From an uncultured delta proteobacterium (lineage in GTDB: Bacteria > Desulfobacterota > BSN033 > UBA1163): 64,000 nt of DNA. A program made the translations under genes and the position numbers. The notes beneath the pieces are model-generated. The model ran no database searches. It saw only the letters and a list, made by a program, of their open reading frames with translations, and had not been told where the DNA came from. Where the stretch lies: assembly GCA_963827685.1 (NCBI GenBank), contig CAWHBU010000002.1, positions 320,001 through 384,000 of the forward strand, read 5' to 3'. Shown here in pieces: positions 29,658 through 39,845 of the stretch (positions are counted from its first letter, which is position 1; each line of letters starts with the position of its first letter).

Positions 29658-30470
29658 TTGAAACCCAAGATGAGTCCATCAAAAAAGATTCAACACTTCT
29701 ATAATCAAAGACATTTGATTCAGCAATTGGTTATCAGAGAAATTAAGGGACGATATGCAGGGTCCTCGATAGGCATTTATTGGTCAGTCATCAACCCGCT
29801 GGTTATGCTGGCAGTATATACTTATGTTTTTTCTGCGATATTAAGGGTTAAGTTGGGAGGTGAGCCTGGTATAACTAATTTTGCCCTCTATCTGTTCTGC
29901 GGTTTTCTGGCGTGGAATGCTTTTCAAGAAATAGTTCAAAGGTCAACCACAGTCGTTTTGGATAATGCCCTCTTAATTAAGAATCTATCGTTTCCATCTA
30001 AGGTATTGCCCGTTTCCATTGGGATTAATTCGATCATTAATGAAATCATCGGAATAGCAATTTTAGTTATTGCCGTAAGAATAATTCTTGGTTTCTTTCC
30101 GATATACATTTGGATACTTATCCCTCTCACGCTTTTCCAACTATTCTTGGGGTTGGGTTTAGGATTTATTTTTTCCGCTCTTCACGTTTTTTTTAGGGAT
30201 ACGGCCCAATTAGTGAGCGTCTTTCTGATCATCTGGATGTTTGGGACGCCTCTTTTCTATCCTGAAAGCATGGTCCCTCAGAGATTTAGATTTTTGGTTA
30301 ACATGAACCCCATGGCCTATTTAGTGAGGATGTTCAGGAAAGTTTGCCTTGAGAATATCTCTCCAAACATAAACGATATCATCATATTTGGTATTATTTC
30401 AATAGTTTTTCTTTTAATTGGTTATTTCGTTTATACGAAAAAATTTTATCAATTTGCGGACCAACTATAA
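29658..30470 (+). CDS. wzm: ABC-2 polysaccharide transporter permease
   Basis: REIKGRYAGS.IG..W..INPL, FFRD, TPLFYP, NPM. Confidence 0.9.
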   Translation: MKPKMSPSKKIQHFYNQRHLIQQLVIREIKGRYAGSSIGIYWSVINPLVMLAVYTYVFSAILRVKLGGEPGITNFALYLFCGFLAWNAFQEIVQRSTTVVLDNALLIKNLSFPSKVLPVSIGINSIINEIIGIAILVIAVRIILGFFPIYIWILIPLTLFQLFLGLGLGFIFSALHVFFRDTAQLVSVFLIIWMFGTPLFYPESMVPQRFRFLVNMNPMAYLVRMFRKVCLENISPNINDIIIFGIISIVFLLIGYFVYTKKFYQFADQL

Positions 30471-30475
30471 TTAAA

Positions 30476-32173
30476 ATGATTGCTTTAGAAGTCAATAATT
30501 TGTCAAAAAGTTTTGATATTTACAGAAAACCGGTCGATCGGATCAAGGAGATCCTGACCTTAAAGAGAAAACAATTCCATCAGGAATTTTGGGCGTTGAG
30601 GGAGATTTCTTTTTCGGTCAGGAAGGGGACAACGATTGGAGTTCTGGGGCAAAATGGATCTGGGAAAAGCACCTTATTAAAGATATTAGCAGGACTGATG
30701 CTCCCCACTGAAGGATATGTAACCGTGAATGGGAAAAAATCTTCCCTCATCGAATTGGGAATGGGTTTCCACCCAGAATTTTCCGGCCGGTCAAATGTCT
30801 ACTTGAATTCGGCCCTGTTGGGAATCCCCAAAGAGGAAATCGATTCTAAATTTGATCAGATTGTAGAATTTTCAGGAATTGGAGATTTTATTGACCGCCC
30901 TGTCAAGACTTATTCCTCAGGAATGTACCTCCGGTTGGCTTTTTCTGTAGTAATTAATATCGATCCGGAAGTACTCTTAATCGATGAAGTACTCGCCGTG
31001 GGAGATGCCCTTTTTTCACAGAAATGCATTCGGAAATTAAAGGAATTCCAGGAACAGGGCGTCACCATTCTTTTTGTTTCCCATGACCTGGGCCTTATCA
31101 AAAATCTTTGTGATGAAGCGATTCTCCTCGATAAGGGCCTTTTGATTGAAAGAGGGGATCCGAGGGATGTTTCAGATTATTACATCGCGCTGATTCAGAA
31201 AAGGTACGCTGAAGAAACGAACCAACTGCATTTCATCCAAAGAATAGAGGATGAAGAAAAGAGAAAAAGGCAGCGATATGGCAGTTTTGATGCCGCTATT
31301 GCCAAAATAAGAGTGACGAATTCATCAGGCGAGGAAACAGGAGCTGTCGTATCGGGGGAAGAATGTATCATCATGGTGACGGCCATTTTTTTTGAGAATG
31401 TTGAGAATGCTGTGGTCGGCTTTTTAATAAGAGATAGGTTCGGGAATGACGTTTTTGGCACAAACACAGGACATCATCATCAAAATACGGGTCCGGTCAA
31501 AAAAGAAGAAATCATAAATGCGGCTTTTTATTTAAAAATGGATATTGGACCAGGCGATTATTCAATCACAGCAGCCGTCCATCCTGACGCATTTGGATTT
31601 AAAGGACATTTTGATTGGATTGACCGGGCTATCTCCCTAAAGGTCTTACCCAGTGAGCCCAGATTTATCGGCCTATCAAGACTAACCACTCGAATAGCCA
31701 TCCATCGCCTGAAGACGATGGATCTTCCCCAAATAGACAATCCATTAAATACGATTTTCCCGGATGCCCCAGATCATATCGATATGAGTGGTGATTTCCA
31801 AAAATTCTTAATCAAAGGTTGGTACCCTGTTGAAAACTGGGAGGGTGCTTCTGTCAGATGGACAAAAAAAGAGTCTGTGTTTGTCATGAAAGTTTCTGGC
31901 AGCAAGATGAAACTTGAAGTTGGCACATTAAAACCCGATGTCCAAAACGAACCTGTTCGGGGAGATTTCTTCTGCAACGGGATCAAGGTGGGAAACTTCA
32001 TTTTGGGTGAATACGGATGCAAAGATTTTGATTTTAACCTTGAAGATCGTTTCATGGGGCAAGTGGCAAGGTTTAAATTGGTTATAGATAGCGCTTGGTG
32101 TCCTGATCATTTTTTCAAAAACGGCGATAAAAGAGAATTAGCTATCTATGTAAGAAGAATTGAGTGCAAATAA
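30476..32173 (+). CDS. wzt: Polysaccharide ABC transporter ATPase with Wzt_C domain and extra C-terminal domain
   Basis: GQNGSGKST, YSSGM, DEVLAVGD, VSHD; long C-terminal extension. Confidence 0.92.
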   Translation: MIALEVNNLSKSFDIYRKPVDRIKEILTLKRKQFHQEFWALREISFSVRKGTTIGVLGQNGSGKSTLLKILAGLMLPTEGYVTVNGKKSSLIELGMGFHPEFSGRSNVYLNSALLGIPKEEIDSKFDQIVEFSGIGDFIDRPVKTYSSGMYLRLAFSVVINIDPEVLLIDEVLAVGDALFSQKCIRKLKEFQEQGVTILFVSHDLGLIKNLCDEAILLDKGLLIERGDPRDVSDYYIALIQKRYAEETNQLHFIQRIEDEEKRKRQRYGSFDAAIAKIRVTNSSGEETGAVVSGEECIIMVTAIFFENVENAVVGFLIRDRFGNDVFGTNTGHHHQNTGPVKKEEIINAAFYLKMDIGPGDYSITAAVHPDAFGFKGHFDWIDRAISLKVLPSEPRFIGLSRLTTRIAIHRLKTMDLPQIDNPLNTIFPDAPDHIDMSGDFQKFLIKGWYPVENWEGASVRWTKKESVFVMKVSGSKMKLEVGTLKPDVQNEPVRGDFFCNGIKVGNFILGEYGCKDFDFNLEDRFMGQVARFKLVIDSAWCPDHFFKNGDKRELAIYVRRIECK

Positions 32174-32227
32174 CTTTCACAATAGATTTTGTGACCCTTC
32201 CATAGAATTTAGAAAGGAGAGATTAGG

Positions 32228-32749
32228 ATGAAGAGTTTAAAAGTGGTGACTGTGTTCTCATTGGTGGTGGTCATCTCAAGTTTCGTTTTTGGGGGGATGG
32301 GTTGTGGAAAGAAAACAGGAGAGGCTGAAAAAACTGAAATCATTGCTGACGGGCCTCTGACCGATAAAGCCTTCAAGGCAAAGATTTCAATCGAACATGC
32401 GCCAACTTCAATAAAAACGAATTCCTCCTCAAGAATAAAATTAAGAGTGAAAAATCTCAGCAATACTGTATGGCCCTCCAAAAGTCTACCATTGCTGAAT
32501 GGGGAATTTGCCATCAATCTGGGAGATCACTGGCTTGATAAAAATGGCAAAATGCTTATCCATGATTTGGATAGATCGGGTCTACCACGCGATGTTAAAC
32601 CGGGAGAGGAAGTAACCATTGAAACAAATCTGACAGCTCCTTCAACTCCTGGCGATTATATTCTCGAATACGATATGGTCCAGGAGGCTGTTACGTGGTT
32701 TGCAAGAAAGGGGTCAAAAACATCAAGAGTTAACGTGAAGGTGAAATGA
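32228..32749 (+). CDS. Lipoprotein with Ig-like domain
   Basis: Lipobox-like GMGC; LPRDVKPGE..APSTPGDYILEYDMVQE. Confidence 0.65.
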   Translation: MKSLKVVTVFSLVVVISSFVFGGMGCGKKTGEAEKTEIIADGPLTDKAFKAKISIEHAPTSIKTNSSSRIKLRVKNLSNTVWPSKSLPLLNGEFAINLGDHWLDKNGKMLIHDLDRSGLPRDVKPGEEVTIETNLTAPSTPGDYILEYDMVQEAVTWFARKGSKTSRVNVKVK

Positions 32750-34302
32750 GGAAAATTATGTCAGACGATTTTATAAATGTTGATGAACTTATGGCAAGGA
32801 TTAGAGAAGAAGTAGCCAAAAGGCGGGTTTACGAGAGCCAAGCTGAGCCCATGCCAAATCATGCAGTCACCAGCCTGCCACCTTTTTCATCCAATTGGGC
32901 TCAACTTACGGCAATATTGAGTCAGATGGATCAGAATGCTGATGTTGGGACCAAGAATTTGCCAATGGTGAGATTTAGCCGTTCCTACCGGTGGTTAGCC
33001 CGTCTCTTTGGTCGCGTGGTGCTCTATATGGGTGAAGTCATCACAAAACCGCAAAGAAGGTTTAACCGTTCGGTTCTGGATGCGCTACGTGTTACCACTG
33101 AGGGACTTCGCCAGTATGAGCAAGGATTGTCCGAGCGTGATCGCCGAATAGCGGGCCTGGAACAGTCGTTGATGGAGTGGGGCAGTAGGATCGCCAGCTT
33201 AGAAGGATCTCTGAATCAAGGATTATCCGACCGAGATCATCGGCTTGATGGGTTAGAGCAATCCTTGAAAGAACGGGATAACAGAATCTCGGGCTTAGAA
33301 GGATCTCTGAATCAAGGATTATCCGACCGAGATCATCGGATTGACGGGTTGGAAAAGTCTGTAAAGCAGGAATTGACGGAGCAATGGGGTCGGGCTGCTG
33401 CACTAGAGCAATCCTTGAAAGAACGGGATAACAGAATTTCAGGCTTAGAAGCATCCCTGAATCGAGGATTATCTGACCGAGATCATCGGATTGACGGGTT
33501 GGAAAAGAACATGGCTTATTTGAAAAACAGCTTGATTTTGCAGGAACGCCGTGTCTCTATCCTTTTAGATGAAGCTCGAAAACGTTTACCAGGACCTTTT
33601 AATCAAAAACAACTCCAGGTTATTGCGAATGAGAGTGCTCACTTATTGGACTCCTTGTATGTTTCTTTTGAGGACGAGTTTCGCGGGACGCGGGAGGAGA
33701 TCAAAGACAGGCTTAGGGTCCATCTCCCCTTACTTGAAAATGCGAAAGCAGGTAAAGAGAAGCGCCCTATTTTAGATTTGGGATGTGGACGCGGTGAGTG
33801 GTTAGAGCTATTGCAAGAGGAGGGGTTGCTGGCTCGTGGTGTTGACATTAATTCCATATTCGTTGAGCAATGTAGGGAGAGAGGGCTTGAAGTGATTGAG
33901 TCCGAGATGATGACATTTCTTCAAAAACTCCCCGAAGCCAGTCTGGGGGCAGTGACGGGGTTTCACATCATTGAACATTTGTCCTTTGAGATATTGATAA
34001 AGCTGCTCGATGAAACGGTCCGGCTACTTAAACCTGGGGGAATAGCAATCTTTGAAACTCCTAATCCTCACAATATTCTTGTAGGGAGTTGCAATTTCTA
34101 CTTAGACCCTACCCATAAGAAGCCTTTACCGAGTTCGATGATGAAATTTATTGTAGAAGCTCGTGGTTTGTGCAGGGTGGAAATAATGAATTTACATCCC
34201 TTCCCTGAATCATATAGGCTATCGGGATCAGACCTGGCAGAACGCATGAATGAATATTTCTACGGCCCGCAGGATTATGCCCTGATTGGGTGGAAAGCAT
34301 GA
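32746..34302 (+). CDS. Coiled-coil plus class I SAM methyltransferase, probable glycan chain-capping enzyme
   Basis: Heptad repeats; FEDEFRG, LDLGCGRGEW, HIIEHL, ETPNP, PQDYA. Confidence 0.8.
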   Translation: MRKIMSDDFINVDELMARIREEVAKRRVYESQAEPMPNHAVTSLPPFSSNWAQLTAILSQMDQNADVGTKNLPMVRFSRSYRWLARLFGRVVLYMGEVITKPQRRFNRSVLDALRVTTEGLRQYEQGLSERDRRIAGLEQSLMEWGSRIASLEGSLNQGLSDRDHRLDGLEQSLKERDNRISGLEGSLNQGLSDRDHRIDGLEKSVKQELTEQWGRAAALEQSLKERDNRISGLEASLNRGLSDRDHRIDGLEKNMAYLKNSLILQERRVSILLDEARKRLPGPFNQKQLQVIANESAHLLDSLYVSFEDEFRGTREEIKDRLRVHLPLLENAKAGKEKRPILDLGCGRGEWLELLQEEGLLARGVDINSIFVEQCRERGLEVIESEMMTFLQKLPEASLGAVTGFHIIEHLSFEILIKLLDETVRLLKPGGIAIFETPNPHNILVGSCNFYLDPTHKKPLPSSMMKFIVEARGLCRVEIMNLHPFPESYRLSGSDLAERMNEYFYGPQDYALIGWKA

Positions 34303-34356
34303 TCGTTGGTATCATCCTGGCAAATAGTTATGTTACCCTTTTTTAACCATTGAAGA

Positions 34357-35811
34357 ATGACACCTCTTGCATTTATCATAGTTCTTAACTGGAATGGCAG
34401 GCATCACCTCCAGGACTGCCTGAGTTCCCTCTCCTCCCTTGACTACCCGAGTTATAAGATTCTTCTTGTTGATAACAACTCTCGGGATGAAAGTGTCCTT
34501 TTCGTTAAATCAAACTACCTCCATGTCAATATCATTCAAAATGATAGAAATTTGGGGTTTGCTGAAGGAAATAATATAGGGATTCGGTATGCCTTGTCTC
34601 AAGGAGCAGAGTATATCATTTTGTTAAACAATGATACGCGCGTTGAACCGGATTTTCTGACCCATTTCATCCAAAGAGGGGAAGAAAAAAAGGAGGTGGG
34701 TGTCCTGGGGGGGAAGGTTCTCATGTTTTCCAACCCTCGTATCATTAACAGTACCGGAGTCAATCTAAATCAATTTGCTTATGGATGGGACCGGGATTTT
34801 GGAGAAGAGGTCCTACGGATTGACAGAGATCGAGGAGAGGTTCTCGCTGTCACAGGATGCCTCATGGCCATCAAAAGGGAGGTTTTTGGAAAAATTGGCT
34901 TCCTTGATTCCAAATTTTTCGCCTATTATGAGGATGTGGATTTCTGTATCCGGGTTTGGAAGTATACTCCTTTCAGGGTCGAATATGTTCCCGAATCGAT
35001 CATTTACCACAAATTCTCTGCTTCCGTTTCAGGGGAATCCTACTTCAAAAAGTATCTCATGTTTAAGAATCAATACCGGATATTCTTCAAGCATTTCCCC
35101 CCTGCCCAATTGATTAAGACATTTCCTCTTCTTTTGTGGCACCATTCTGGGATACTTCTGGGGCATCTGAAAAGGCAGGATTTTCGTCTTGTTTTCGCAG
35201 AGAGCCTGATCTTGTTGAAGTCCCTGATACTTTTTCCACTCAATTTCTTTCTTCGAATCTCTGATTCATTTAAAAAAGGCTGTGATGAGAGAAGGTTCTG
35301 GGAGAAGGTGATCCCAGAGAAGAGAGTGCCTTCCTTTAACCCCTTTTGTCCGGAATATACACAAGTCATCTTGAATAAAAAGGAGGTTAAGGCAGATAAG
35401 ATCTCCCACCGTATTCTCGTGGGAGTGAATGATGAGATGCTTGGGGAAGGATGGTCCCGATTAATATCGGATTTTCCAAAAATTCGGAGAATGGGTCAGA
35501 ACGCTGTCTGTTTCTTAAGAAATGAAAAAAGGTTCGAGTATTTGCAGATCCATGGTCTGTGGGATTCCAATACCCATAAGCCCTGGCTCGAAGTGGCCAT
35601 CGAAGGGCAGACCGTGGGGCGCAGGAAAGTCGAAATGGGATGGCATACCTACATCTTTCCTTTTGAGAATAGACTCAAGGAAGGACCGGTCGAATTGTGC
35701 CTCCGGATCGATCCCTCAGACCACGGATCTGCATTCGGAAAGGGTTTTGGCGTCAATGAGGTAGGGCTGTTTTCCTTGGGATCGCCTCTTTTGAGGCTGA
35801 CTGAAGCATGA
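34357..35811 (+). CDS. GT2 glycosyltransferase with C-terminal extra domain
   Basis: VLNWNG, VDNNSRD, NLGFAEGNN, LLNND, YYEDVD. Confidence 0.9.
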   Translation: MTPLAFIIVLNWNGRHHLQDCLSSLSSLDYPSYKILLVDNNSRDESVLFVKSNYLHVNIIQNDRNLGFAEGNNIGIRYALSQGAEYIILLNNDTRVEPDFLTHFIQRGEEKKEVGVLGGKVLMFSNPRIINSTGVNLNQFAYGWDRDFGEEVLRIDRDRGEVLAVTGCLMAIKREVFGKIGFLDSKFFAYYEDVDFCIRVWKYTPFRVEYVPESIIYHKFSASVSGESYFKKYLMFKNQYRIFFKHFPPAQLIKTFPLLLWHHSGILLGHLKRQDFRLVFAESLILLKSLILFPLNFFLRISDSFKKGCDERRFWEKVIPEKRVPSFNPFCPEYTQVILNKKEVKADKISHRILVGVNDEMLGEGWSRLISDFPKIRRMGQNAVCFLRNEKRFEYLQIHGLWDSNTHKPWLEVAIEGQTVGRRKVEMGWHTYIFPFENRLKEGPVELCLRIDPSDHGSAFGKGFGVNEVGLFSLGSPLLRLTEA

Positions 35812-37055
35812 GGAAGAAAAAGATCCTTTACGTGATACACCGCAGCTGGCCTTACATGGGAGGGGCCGAAAGACATTTTTTTGAGTGGGCCTTGAGTTCT
35901 AAAAAGAGGGGATTTGATACAACTATTTTTACAACAGATGTGTGGGATATAGAGTACTTCCATGATAGGAGCAAGCGCAGGATCGATCTTTTGGAAGAAA
36001 TGGTAGATGGGATAAAAATCAAGAGGTTTAGAGTATTTTCATTTCCAAGAATCGCACACTGGAGGACTCTGAAGGCTCTTTCAGCGATTCCTTCCCAATT
36101 CTGCAGCAACATTTTTGGATACCCTCATATTCTCCTCCCCAGATATGCTTGGAAAATGTTTTTCATGAATGAAAAGTTCGATCTCGTTCATGCCGGAGTT
36201 TTTCCTCATTTGTTTCTGATATACCCTGCATTGAAGTATAGTAAAAGACTGGAAATCCCCGCCATATGCACTCCCTTGATCCATTCGGGAGAACCCCATG
36301 CCTCAGAGGGTGCACCCCATTACCTTGCTCCGAAACAGGTCGAACTTTTGGAGATGAGTGACAAAATCACCTCAAACACCTCCGTAGAGAGAGCATTGCT
36401 GGAGAGCAAAGGAATCTCTGGCGAGAAAATTCACGTGATTGGTCCGGGCGTTCATCCAGAAGAAATGTTGGGGGGCATAGGTGAAAGGTTTCGTGAAAAA
36501 TATGGCATTAAAGGTAAAATTGTTCTTCAAATCTCAACCCAAACCCATGACAAGGGATCACCTCACCTAGTAGAGGCAGTAAAGCATCTGTGGCAAAAAG
36601 GAATGGATGTCACAGTGGTTCTTATTGGCCAGATCATGACTGACTTTGATACCTATTTCCTCAAGCAACCGCCAGAGGTCTATGAGAAAACCCTCGTACT
36701 GGACTATATCGACGAGCAAACTAAAAAGGATGCGTTGGATGCCTGCGATGTCTTTGTGATGCCATCCAAAGCAGACTCCTTCGGGATCGTATACTTGGAA
36801 GCATGGTTATACAAGAAACCGGTTGTTGGTGCTTATGCGGGTGGAGTTCCAGAAGTCATTACAGATGGAAAAGATGGGTTTCTGGTCCCATTTGCAGATG
36901 TCCATATGCTTTCTGAATATATCCATTTACTGTTATCAACCCCCCCTCTGGCACATGCCATGGGTCATAATGGTTACGAGAAAGTGCTGAGACACTATAC
37001 CTGGGAGAATAGCTGCAACAAAATTCAGTCATTATATGATGAACTGTTGATTTAA
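35808..37055 (+). CDS. GT4 glycosyltransferase
   Basis: GGAE, PSKADSFGIVYLEAW. Confidence 0.88.
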   Translation: MRKKKILYVIHRSWPYMGGAERHFFEWALSSKKRGFDTTIFTTDVWDIEYFHDRSKRRIDLLEEMVDGIKIKRFRVFSFPRIAHWRTLKALSAIPSQFCSNIFGYPHILLPRYAWKMFFMNEKFDLVHAGVFPHLFLIYPALKYSKRLEIPAICTPLIHSGEPHASEGAPHYLAPKQVELLEMSDKITSNTSVERALLESKGISGEKIHVIGPGVHPEEMLGGIGERFREKYGIKGKIVLQISTQTHDKGSPHLVEAVKHLWQKGMDVTVVLIGQIMTDFDTYFLKQPPEVYEKTLVLDYIDEQTKKDALDACDVFVMPSKADSFGIVYLEAWLYKKPVVGAYAGGVPEVITDGKDGFLVPFADVHMLSEYIHLLLSTPPLAHAMGHNGYEKVLRHYTWENSCNKIQSLYDELLI

Positions 37056-38215
37056 TGGAGAAGATCAGAATAGGGATAGATATTAGCCGAACCGTTGAAG
37101 AATCGACCGGGGTGGGGTATTATGCGAAGAATCTCGTTCATGCCCTTGCCAAGATCGACTCTGACAACGAATATCTCCTTTACGGAATCTTTTTCGACTG
37201 CTTTCCTAAGAAGTGGAAAGAAGCTCCCGTGCCGATATCCCCAAATTTTCGCCTTCACCTGAAATCCTTTCCGTCCCCGTATGTGATCCGAAGGTGGAAG
37301 AGGGCCAGACGATCTCCGGGGAAGATAATAGGAGGGATCGATATCTTACACAGCACGGCTTTTACAATGCCACCAGTCTCCAGCCCAAAGGTCATCGTGA
37401 CGATCCACGATTTGAGCTGTTATGTCTACCCGCAATTTCATACGGAAGCCAATCGCCAATTTGTAAATCGGAATGTTCATCAGGCAGCGAGACGGGCCCA
37501 CTTTATCATCGCCGATTCGGAAAGCACAAGAAGAGAGATCAAGAAATTTCTTCATGTCCGCGATGAAAAAATGGAGGTAATCCATCTGGCTGCCCATGAA
37601 AACTTCCAGGTGAGGTGTGATCCCACTTCCGTTGAAAAGATCAGGCATAAATACGCGTTAAGAAAACCTTATTTTCTATCTGTCGGTTCCATCGAGCCGA
37701 GGAAGAATCTCGGGCGAGCTCTGGTTGCTTTCAAGGCATTGATAGAGATGAAGAAGGGTGATTATCAATTTGTCGTCACAGGAGGAAAAGGTTGGAAAAA
37801 CGAAGCCTTTTATAATCTGATAAGAAAGTTGAATATCGATGAATATTTAGTCTTTACGGGTTATGTGCCCGAAGAAGATCTTCCGGCCCTCTACCAGGGA
37901 GCAGAAGTGTTTATCTATCCTTCTCTCTATGAAGGATTCGGGTTACCTATCCTGGAGGCCATGGCCTCTGGGATCCCCGTGATTACATCAAATACCTCCT
38001 CTCTCCCTGAAGTGGCTGGAGATGCTGCCCTTCTGGTCAATCCAATAGAAATCTTTGAACTCTATGAAGCAATGGAGGCGTTAGCAACAAAGCCACAACT
38101 CAGAGAAGAGCTGAAAGTTAAAGGGAAAGAACAGAGCAAAAAATTTTCCTGGGAAAAAACAGCATTAAAAACGTTAGAAATTTATAAAAAGATGTTCAAA
38201 AATGATAGAGTATAA
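37055..38215 (+). CDS. GT4 glycosyltransferase (mannosyl/rhamnosyltransferase-like)
   Basis: GSIEPRKN, YEGFGLPILEAM, SSLPEV. Confidence 0.9.
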   Translation: MEKIRIGIDISRTVEESTGVGYYAKNLVHALAKIDSDNEYLLYGIFFDCFPKKWKEAPVPISPNFRLHLKSFPSPYVIRRWKRARRSPGKIIGGIDILHSTAFTMPPVSSPKVIVTIHDLSCYVYPQFHTEANRQFVNRNVHQAARRAHFIIADSESTRREIKKFLHVRDEKMEVIHLAAHENFQVRCDPTSVEKIRHKYALRKPYFLSVGSIEPRKNLGRALVAFKALIEMKKGDYQFVVTGGKGWKNEAFYNLIRKLNIDEYLVFTGYVPEEDLPALYQGAEVFIYPSLYEGFGLPILEAMASGIPVITSNTSSLPEVAGDAALLVNPIEIFELYEAMEALATKPQLREELKVKGKEQSKKFSWEKTALKTLEIYKKMFKNDRV

Positions 38216-38243
38216 ATAATATTTCTGATTTTATGAGGCAACC

Positions 38244-38650
38244 GTGGCCAAAGATTTAGAAAAAGTCGCAGACTACTGGGGTAAAAAAGCAAAGGAAAGA
38301 ATAGAGTCGGAGTCCCGGTCGTGCGCATGGACTGATTCCCCACTCATTCAAAGATATTATATTCACCCTACTATTTCAGGGCATATGAATGCAAATTGGT
38401 TTATGTGGGTCAAGGAAGAATTTTTTTCTGAGCCGGTAGAGAATGCATTGAGCCTTGGATGTGGTGATGGATGCCTTGAACGGCATGGTGCTCTTATCAA
38501 CGTTTTTAAAAAATGTGGTGCTTTCGATATATCGCAGAGGGTAATGCATATTGCAAAAAGCAGAGTAGAAGGGTTGGGATTGGGTCAAAAAATCAACTGC
38601 CCCTTGAGGATATCAACAAAATTCAGCTGACGGAAAATTTCTATCACCAT
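38244..38650 (+). pseudogene. Truncated, frameshifted class I SAM methyltransferase
   Basis: LSLGCGDG, FDIS; frameshift near 38600 into EDINKIQL; C-terminal half absent. Confidence 0.6.
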
Positions 38651-38738
38651 AGAAGGAGCGGCGATAGTTTAGCAAAGAATACAACAATCAAATGGCTTGC
38701 CATTTGGCACAAAATTCTGACGATCAGGGGATCCCATT

Positions 38739-39773
38739 GTGAGAGTCAAGAGCGATTTGCAACAGGCCCGCGGCTATTTTGATTTCGTGGAGTTCAAGAA
38801 TCGACAGCTGATCGTTCACGGTTGGATGCTGTTGCCGGAGACAGCACTTGACACCTTTCTCGTCTTTGTCAACAAGAAATACGCCGCAGAGGTGCCGGTG
38901 CTCGAAAGAGATGGCGTCGCGCAGGCATTTCTGTTTATCCCCCACGCCAAGCGTTCGGGGTTTCAGGTTTCACTGCAGACGGACGGCATAGGCGACGGCG
39001 GCTTAATCGATATCTGTCTAACTGGCGTATCGAAGGGTGAACAGGTCGCAAAAATGGAGACCTGGCATTCTCAAGAAGTTGCAGATGCAATGCCTATTCC
39101 ACCGCTTCCACTCATGAAACGAGTCGCCAATACCGAGAGCATCTCATTCTTTCGCACCTCGTCGTTCAAGTCCTTTCGGGACTACTGGGAACTCGCCTCC
39201 AAACATTCAGACGCAAAGATGATTCGCACCATGTTGGATTGGGGGTGCGGGTGTGGGAGACTAATCAATGCCTTCATCCACTTGACCGAGATTAGCGAGA
39301 TCTATGGATGTGACATCGACCACGAGGCCATCGCTTGGTGCAAACAGAACATCTTCAGGGCTGCGTTCGCTGTAATACCTCCCGAGCCACCCACCGGGTA
39401 CCCTGACAACTCATTCGATCTTGTAGTAGGAAACTCCGTATTGACGCACCTGACAAAAGATGTCCAACTTGCCTGGCTCAGGGAGGTCAGGAGAATTGTC
39501 GCCCCAGGCGGTCTTTTTCTCACAAGTCTGCATGGAGAGTTTGCCACGTACTTTGCCTTCCAGAACTCCGCCCATGACATCCTGAAACGAGGTATTTATG
39601 ACGAGATCCTAGACAGCAATCTTGACGGCATAGCCCCAGAGAACTACTATCGGGGCACTTATCAGTCAAAAGAATACACAAAGAGAGTTTTCTCAGACTA
39701 TTTTGAAGTTCTGGACTATATCGAGAGGGGCTCGTTGAACTTCCAGGATGTGATTGTTTTAAAAAAATTGTAG
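38739..39773 (+). CDS. Class I SAM-dependent methyltransferase
   Basis: LDWGCGCGR, GCDID, SVLTHL, PGG. Confidence 0.85.
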   Translation: MRVKSDLQQARGYFDFVEFKNRQLIVHGWMLLPETALDTFLVFVNKKYAAEVPVLERDGVAQAFLFIPHAKRSGFQVSLQTDGIGDGGLIDICLTGVSKGEQVAKMETWHSQEVADAMPIPPLPLMKRVANTESISFFRTSSFKSFRDYWELASKHSDAKMIRTMLDWGCGCGRLINAFIHLTEISEIYGCDIDHEAIAWCKQNIFRAAFAVIPPEPPTGYPDNSFDLVVGNSVLTHLTKDVQLAWLREVRRIVAPGGLFLTSLHGEFATYFAFQNSAHDILKRGIYDEILDSNLDGIAPENYYRGTYQSKEYTKRVFSDYFEVLDYIERGSLNFQDVIVLKKL

Positions 39774-39845
39774 CCCCACGGAACCTTGCCTTGGAGATTT
39801 ACCAAGGGGATTCCCGAGAAGAACGGTCTTTCAAAAGGCTAAAGC

